From Macrostomum lignano (Eukaryota), in the NCBI GenBank assembly GCA_002269645.1, contig NIVC01001325.1, forward strand, positions 186,001-250,000: a DNA stretch of 64,000 nucleotides. The letters are read 5' to 3'. A model generated the notes under the pieces. It was not told the origin of the DNA and made no database searches. It saw only the letters and a program-made list of their open reading frames with translations. Positions 48,501 through 64,000 of this stretch are shown here, piece after piece; the stretch's first letter is position 1; each line of letters starts with the position of its first letter. The translations under genes and the position numbers were made by a program.

Positions 48501-49600
48501 CGCCAACTTCGGGGATCCAGGGGGTAGCTGCATAATACAGATGACATATATTAAAAGCATTGGATATTTTTGAAAATTTTACTCCTAAGTAATGTGTGCT
48601 CAATAAAATTGGAATATCACGCTTTTGTATGTTCTCTATAATCCTAAGTGTAGGGAATTTCCCCGAGCTCATCATCATCTGTCGCGCCATATGCCTCCCT
48701 CACGCTGAAAGGAAGCTGAGACGCCCCATCCCCCAAGAATAAAGGCTGGGTTAATTCGTTACACTTCCTTGAGGTTTTTTCTCGATTTTTTCGCTAGCGA
48801 ACTGTGCTAAACTAGCAAAAAGTCGCCGACGAAATTCCAAAGGGTTGGTGTGGTGAGGCAGCGATGCCTCTTGAGCTGGAAGCTGAAGTTCCGGCCACCG
48901 CACCTGCCCCGCAGTCCCGCGCCTGTCTTTTTTTATGCAATAATTGCCTGCATTCAGCAACGCTTTTTTACGCTTCAAGTGGCGCTTCGATTCCTTCGAA
49001 TTCCTTTCTTCCTTTGAAGCTTGATACACTCGCTGGAAATCTATAAATCTGTCAGGCCATTCTTCATCTAGGCCTCTATAAATCTAAAAGTCACACTGTC
49101 GTGTATATCGCTGGGATTTGGTTGTAGTAGTAGTTGTATTTTTTTAATCTAAAATTTCCGTAGCAGATTGCAGACTGACTCTTGAGCCACGACCCCTGCT
49201 TCGAGTGTACATGTGTGACGTATGAGTGCTGCCTGACTGCGTACAGTATTGGCGCGCTTATAATGTGCTCAGAAGTCAGCGGAATGGGCAGAATTGCCCG
49301 GAGGTGCTCATCATCAGGCATGTACAGTTGTACACTCTCATAGACCTCTCACAAGCCTTTGACGCAGGAGTCGGAAACCATTAAACTGCTCTGCCGGCCC
49401 TCTCTTATCTCTATGATTTTCAAGAGAGAGAGAGACTGATCTCCGCCATCAGTGCGGCAGCTGGATTTCAGAACTGCCCCCCCACTCCCTTGGCTCCTCC
49501 CAATCTCGTTTCAGCATCATCAGCATCATCATCATCATCCATTTGGTTCTCAGCAGGGGGGAGCGCATTGCGGCGCAGTGGGCTTCGCAATATTCGGAAA

Positions 49601-49602
<2 letters not shown>

Positions 49603-49649
<47 letters not shown>
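49603..49649. repeat. (GA)n microsatellite
   Basis: Visible. Confidence 0.95.
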
Positions 49650-49650
<1 letters not shown>

Positions 49651-52155
49651 GGAACTCGAAGGTGCTCATTATCATAATCCCGCGGCCGCGTCACCCCCCG
49701 CCGAGCGGCCGGTCCAACTTTGGGATTAAAGAGAGCGGGGAGGAGAGTGCCTGTGTTTAGCGTTCGAAAAGCGCGATTACCTGGTGCCGCTAATTGGCCC
49801 GGACCCAGTGCGAGATTCGGATAAAAAGCGGCACGGTTTAAATAATAATTGTTCGACATATTGAGCAGAGCGAGAATTGCCCTGAGGCGGGTGCGGGGGG
49901 GGGGCTGCGGCGCTGGCGGCTGTCCGTCTGCCACCGAAATTGTTTTTGCTGTCCACCGGAATTTTGGAAATTTCGTCCATTAACGCGTGTCATATAGGGT
50001 TGGGACAATGGGGAATTACGCGTGACTGTCTCGTCTCTGGTTCCTTTCGTTGCATGGATATTGCATCACTTTTGACTGCGCTGGGCGAATATTTACTCTT
50101 ATGATTTCCAGTTAAGTGCTAGAAATGACAAACTTTTTAATACTTGTCTTTGGAGCAATTAATCAATTAAGAGCGTAATCCCGAAAAAAATATCCCAATA
50201 TCTCTAATCTCAGTTTTGATCACACAAAATACGGATAATACCAATCCTTAACCCCTGTTAATATTCCCAATCCCAATCATCCAAATCCTTTATCCCAGTC
50301 TTTGATCCCGATTTCCAATCATCCTAATCCCTTATCCCAGTCTTTGATCCCAACTCAAATTATCCCAATCCCATATCTATCTTTGATCCCAATTATTCCA
50401 ATCCCAATTCCCAGTCTTTGATCCCAATCATTTCAATCCCATAATCCCAATCTTTGATCCCAATCATTTCAATCCCATAATCCCAATCTTTGGTCCCAAT
50501 TATCCCATCCCACATCCCAATCTCTGATCCCAATTATCCCAATCCCATACGAGCATCCCAGTCTCTGATCCCGATCCTCGATCCCATTCCAATCGCGTGT
50601 ATCTCCCAGCTCATTAAAATCCACGATCCGAATTCCTCATCTCACTCAATTATGTATGCAAGCAACGCCATGAAGTGTCTCGTGGCTGGTGAATTCAGGC
50701 AGATGGCAGCAAGGCAGATCATGCAAGTTTCTGAGAGGCAACTGCTGCAGCAGCAGCAGCCGAAGCAGGACCCCCTCCCTACCCTCCCCCCAGGGCAGAT
50801 CTCGAGCCAACTTATCTCGTCGAGCAGGGCTAATATAGATGTTCGGCTGCGAGAAGTTTCCCCAACCGAAGCGACTCGACAGAGCGGAGGAGCTGACTGT
50901 ATACGGGAGAGCCCAGATCTCCAGCCCGTCTCATTTATTTACTCATTCTGGCTAATGAAACAAATAATTGTCTCATTATCCTGTTTCGGTAGGGAGTCGA
51001 GTCGTTTCGGGGATCGAATTTGCTCCGCCCGACTTCGAATAGCTGCGGGAAATCTCTTCGGCCAATTTCGAAGCCCAGAGGCAATTTTTGGAGTCTCGGC
51101 TTGGTGCGGCGCAGGAGGCTGGGACGGAGGCTGTTGCTGGGCCTGTAGCTCCGCTCCATCTCCCGCTATCCTGTGATTGGAGTGGTTTGCCCGAAACCTA
51201 ACCCGATTACCTTGGGCCGAGCTCCCATCATCCTCATCAGCTCCGCAGCCTCCCCCTCCCCAGCCTCCCGCCTCCGAGTTGAGGCGAAAAAGAAATCAAG
51301 ATTATTCGACCATAAAAACATTCGCTCAGCCCGGGCCAGAGCTGTCCATCGGCAATCCCCAATTTCGCTCTCAGTCTCAATCTCTCCAACGCGCTGCTCC
51401 TTCGACTCTGCCAGGCCAGGAGGTCGTCGCCGAGGCTCACCTGGACGACGCGAGTTCAAAGTTTGATAGCCGCAAGGTAGCTCAGCTCCTGCCGTCTCCG
51501 CGTCCTGTCCTGTCAAAGTTGCTGGCGCCAGGCCGCTGAGTGCCCCGGTAATAGTATCAGGTAAGCTGAGACAATTGCATTTGCGGGCATTACGGCCCGG
51601 GCGACCGACTGCCCCGGCCCACTTCTGCGGGCCTTGCTTAAACAAATATGATCAGCTTAGACTGCCAGCGCACGCGAGGGGGTCCGCCGCCCCACCACCA
51701 CCTAATAACTTCCTTCTCTATCCTGAATCCCACTCTTTGCGTTTCGCCTTCGGAGCGCTGGCGGTTCGACTCAGTGACTCTCTGTAGGTGCAAGGGGATT
51801 GGGGTGGTGTTTAGCCACAGATTTCCTATACTTATAAATATTCGTTTAGTTAGCTGCCCTACATGTGCGCGTAAAGAAATCGTACTATACTCAAGCGAAA
51901 ATGCGAGACCAAAGAGCCCCTTTGAGAGAACAGAACCTGCATAAAGTGCCATCCAATGTGTGCGGTAAAAAGTGAAGTTCACATTCTTTATTTGCTTTAA
52001 TTACTTTAATAGTTTTACGCTACGATCTAATTAAAAAATGAAATAATTGCGGTGGCAGTGTAGTGTGCAGCTCATAATCCTAGTGTTTCACTGATAAAAC
52101 TTCTGGGATAAACGCAGATTTCACTAATAATATTAATAATAATAATAATTGAATA

Positions 52156-52437
52156 CACCTGCCCTAATGGGCAGATGTGCAACCGACAGCTCAGCCGCAG
52201 CTATTGCGCGGCGCATCTGAAGGCTGCGTACGGCTGTTCAGTCCAAGGACTGGGGGGTCGCCACACACCCTCAATTACCCCAGCTAATGCTGGCACCCAT
52301 TTTACAGCTGGGTGAACTGAAGCAATGCAGAGTTAAGTGTCTTGCTCAAGGACACAAATTGTTTCGAGTGAGTCAAGAATCGAACCCGCGACCTTCAAGT
52401 CGTGAGTCCGACGCTCTAACCACTAGGCTACAACCCC
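52156..52437 (-). mobile_element. tRNA-derived SINE, copy 2
   Basis: Highly similar to 32035-32320. (TAA)n-type tail at ~52128-52150 and a possible CACTAA target duplication. Confidence 0.85.
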
Positions 52438-52442
52438 ACTAG

Positions 52443-52790
52443 GCTGATAAAACTTCTGGGGTGAGCGCAGATTTTGCTGATAAAACTTCTGGGTTAAGCG
52501 CAGATTTTACTGATAAAACTTCTGGGTTAAGCGCAGATTTTACTGATAAAACTTCTGGGTTAAGCGCAGATTTTACTGATAAAACTTCTGGGTTAAGCGC
52601 AGATTTTACTGATAAAACTTCTGGGTTAAGCGCAGATTTTACTGATAAAACTTCTGGGTTAAGCGCAGATTTTACTGATAAAACTTCTGGTTAAGCGCAG
52701 ATTTTACTGATAAAACTTCTGGGTTAAGCGCAGATTTTACTGATAAAACTTCTGGGTTAAGCGCAGATTTTACTGATAAAACTTCTGGGT
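52443..52790. repeat. 33-bp minisatellite
   Basis: TGATAAAACTTCTGGGTTAAGCGCAGATTTTAC tandem. A related unit at ~52091-52127 lies on the other side of the SINE. Confidence 0.95.
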
Positions 52791-52939
52791 TAATCTCGTT
52801 CAAACTCAATTAAAACTTATGTATTATTCAATTCGTGAAAATCACTAGTTAAACAAAATCCGATTTAGGAACTGGCTATTGTACTCTATAACATGCACAA
52901 TACACCACAGACATTGTCATGCAGATTGGTTAGAGCTCG

Positions 52940-53353
52940 TTAAATCATGGGCACTTAAGTCATGGGCGCTTAAGTCATACACGCTTATGTCATGGGCGCT
53001 TAAGTCATACACGCTTATGTCATGGGCGCTTAAGTCATACACGCTTACGTCATGGGCGCTTAAGTCATGGGCACTTAAGTCATACACGCTTACGTCATGG
53101 GCGCTTAAGTCATGGGCACTTAAGTCATACACGCTTACGTCATGGGCGCTTAAGTCATGGGCACTTAAGTCATACACGCTTACGTCATGGGCGCTTAAGT
53201 TATGGGCGCTTAAGTCATGGGCGCTTAAGTCATGGGCGCTTAAGTCATGGGCACTTAAGTCATACACGCTTACGTCATGGGCGCTTAAGTTATGGGCGCT
53301 TAAGTCATGGGCGCTTAAGTCATGGGCGCTTAAGTCATGGGCACTTAAGTCAT
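52940..53353. repeat. 15-bp minisatellite with variant units
   Basis: TAAGTCATGGGCGCT / TAAGTCATACACGCT / TACGTCATGGGCGCT. Confidence 0.95.
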
Positions 53354-54384
53354 GCGCTGCTTTTGCTAAAAAGATCTCAATATTTTTGCCACTTTTTTTC
53401 GTCAACTTAGTTTTTTTCTTTAAAAGTAATATTGCTTTTTAAAAAATTGCTACTTGATTTCATGAAGTTGTAAATAAAATCGACTTTTCTTTCTTGGAAA
53501 ATCACTAGTTATCGTTCTTACTGTTGACTAAAAATTGAAATTGAAATACTTGAACTTCCTGTGCCCAAGCATTTCGGAGTGGCTACTTAAAGTAGCTTCG
53601 GACCCTAGACCTTGTCTGTTTAAAAGCAATAAAGGAGTTTATTCGTTATTCGCTCGAACACTGCCATAAATAACCTATACAGATCGCTCCGTAAAGAACA
53701 AATAAGATTATTCTATGGCTATAATCTATCCAGGCGTGTTTTCACCCTAGCCTACACAATAGACTGCTGCGTACGTGGCTTCGCTTAAAAAAGGTGCGAA
53801 AAACTCGTCACTTTTCCAGCCTCGGGGCGCTTAAGGAGGGGGATTGGGAAGGCGTGGCCTAAAAAGTCATTAGTTGGCGCGATGGACAATGGGAGCATTG
53901 GAATTCTGGTCCAACTGGTGGCGGATTGCAGATCCCCGCGTATCCCATGCACCCCGCCGTGCATGGTCTCGCATTTGTTGCATTATTATAGCCTTGATAA
54001 GGGTCCATAATGGCCTTAGGGGGGTATAACAATTCAAGTTTTTACAGGGGTAATTTAGAACTATATATAATAGTATTGCGGTAAACGTTACCTCCACAAA
54101 ATTATTGAACACAATGTTGATTGCAAATGGAAATAAAAAACTAATGATTGGTTTGACACGTCTGTGGTTGTAAATGGTTGAATATTCTATTTAATAATAG
54201 ATAGTAAATTTTAATCATACTGAATTTACTACTGTGTCCAGTTACTTCACAGGCACACAAAGTTGGATCACAATTCAAAAGAGCTTCACTTTTGAACCGC
54301 AGACAGAAAGAAGCCTTCAAGCTAGATTGAGCAAAATCCCAGCCACTGAGTAATCTGCCTCACCCCTGAACCTCACTTCTGAAA

Positions 54385-55440
54385 CTCAATCCTGAGCCTC
54401 AATCCCGAGCCTCAATCCTGAGCCTCAATCCTGAACCTCAATCCTGAGCCTCAATCCTGAACCTCAATCCTGAACCTCAATCCTGAGCCTCAATCCTGAA
54501 CCTCAATCCTGAGCCTCAATCCTGAGCCTCAATCCTGAACCTCAATCCTGAGCCTCAATCCTGAACCTCAATCCTGAACCTCAATCCCGAGCCTCAATCC
54601 CGAGCCTCAATCCCGAGCCTCAATCCCGAGCCTCAATCCTGAGCCTCAATCCTGAACCTCAATCCTGAGCCTCAATCCTGAGCCTCAATCCTGAGCCTCA
54701 ATCCTGAGCCTCACTCCTAAACTCTCAATCCTGAACCTCAATTCTAAACTTCAATCCTGAGCCTCACTCCTAAACTCTCAATCCTGAACCTCAATTCTAA
54801 ACTTCAATCCTGAGCCTCACTCCTGAACCTCAATCCTGAACCTCACTCCTGAACCTCAATCCTGAACCTCAATCCTGAACCTCAATCCTGAACTCAATCC
54901 TGAACCTCACTCCTGAACCTCAATCCTGAACCTCAATCCTGAACTCAATCCTGAACCTCAATTCTAAACTTCAATCCTGAGCCTCACTCCTGAACCTCAA
55001 TCCTGAACCTCACTCCTGAACCTCAATCCTGAACCTCAATCCTGAACCTCAATCCTGAACTCAATCCTGAACCTCACTCCTGAACCTCAATCCTGAACCT
55101 CAATCCTGAACCTCAATCCTGAACTCAATCCTGAACCTCACTCCTGAACCTCAATCCTGAACCTCAATCCTGAACCTCAATCCTGAACCTCAATCCTGAA
55201 CTCAATCCTAAACCTCACTCCTGAACCTCAATCCTGAACCTCAATCCTGAACCTCAATCCTGAACTCAATCCTAAACCTCAATCCTGAACCTCAATCCTG
55301 AACCTCAATCCTAAACCTCACTCCTGAACCTCAATCCTAAACCTCAATCCTGAACCTCACTCCTGAACCTCACTCCTGAACCTCACTCCTGAGCCTCACT
55401 TCTGAACTCTCAAACCTAAACCTCACTCCTGAACCTTACT
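54385..55440. repeat. 13-bp minisatellite
   Basis: TCAATCCTGA(A/G)CC tandem. Confidence 0.95.
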
Positions 55441-56061
55441 TCTTAAACTCGCCCCTGAGCAAGCTGACCCCTAACTCGCCTAAACCTTGCACCTGAACCT
55501 CGCTTGCTTGGCAAATACTTGAGAAAAGACGTCAAAATAAACATATATTTATCCAATGTTTGCTTGAAGCATTGGTATAAGATTATATCAGTAATATAAT
55601 ATAAAGTACCAAAAACAGCCTTTGACTGACCCAGGACATTCACCACTGACACTGACGCAGCCCTCTCTTTGCGTCAACTCAAGCTCCTTTGATGGCGGAG
55701 CTTTCGCGTCTCTGTGCAGCGTGTTTGAGTCCGAATGCGCCGAAAGCAAGAGGCGCGGCAGCTCGCATTCGTCATTGCCAGTCAGGCTGATTGGGTGCGG
55801 CAGGCTGCCCCACTGGGGGAGCGGCGGCGCAGCGCCCGGCCGCTCGGGTTGGCCGCGAGCGAAGCCGGCGAAACCAGGGCGGGGGGAGGGGGCCGCCCAA
55901 CCTACCCGCCCCTCCCCCAGAGCCGGGGTGGCGGCCGAGCTGGCGGCATAATTGACTTAATGCCCCGTTCGAATTGCAGCAAGGCGAGGAAAGGCGAGGA
56001 GAGACGAGGAGAAAGAGAGAGAGGCGCGGACTCTAATTCACTTAGCAAGCCACTACACAGC

Positions 56062-63951
<7,890 letters not shown>

Positions 63952-64000
63952 GTGAGGATTTTGTCCCAGACAGCTGCTTCAGAATTACGTAGTGAACAGC

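Noticed and set aside
50490-51982. Cluster of overlapping 70-228-aa ORFs
   Set aside because: GC-rich sequence open in many frames on both strands, with no recognisable domain or consistent splice structure.

Overview
Eukaryotic (animal) genomic DNA. GC-rich exons, minisatellite-filled introns and the SINE type suggest a free-living flatworm such as Macrostomum; this is inference only. Left third: a young 17.3-kb Ty3/gypsy LTR element (2683-19952; ~99% identical LTRs, TG..CA ends, GCGC target duplication, tRNA-Glu PBS) inserted in a decayed LINE. Its main coding region reads Gag - internal signal peptide - herpesvirus-gB-like class III envelope glycoprotein with TM - PR - RT - RNase H - IN. 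It is probably one ~2,850-aa polyprotein, broken here only by net -1 frameshifts. The element also carries four accessory ORFs: an unknown Cys/His-rich ORF, a candidate catalytically dead integrase paralogue, and two antisense ORFs, one a small Cys-rich single-pass membrane protein. Middle: AT-rich decayed DNA with MITEs, then four tightly spaced plus-strand host genes (TMEM199, an RRM-periphilin, MIC13, an atypical PARG) that look like a trans-spliced operon. Right: the regulatory region and first three exons of a Prop/UNC-42 paired-like homeobox gene. All protein identifications are by motif recognition, not database search.
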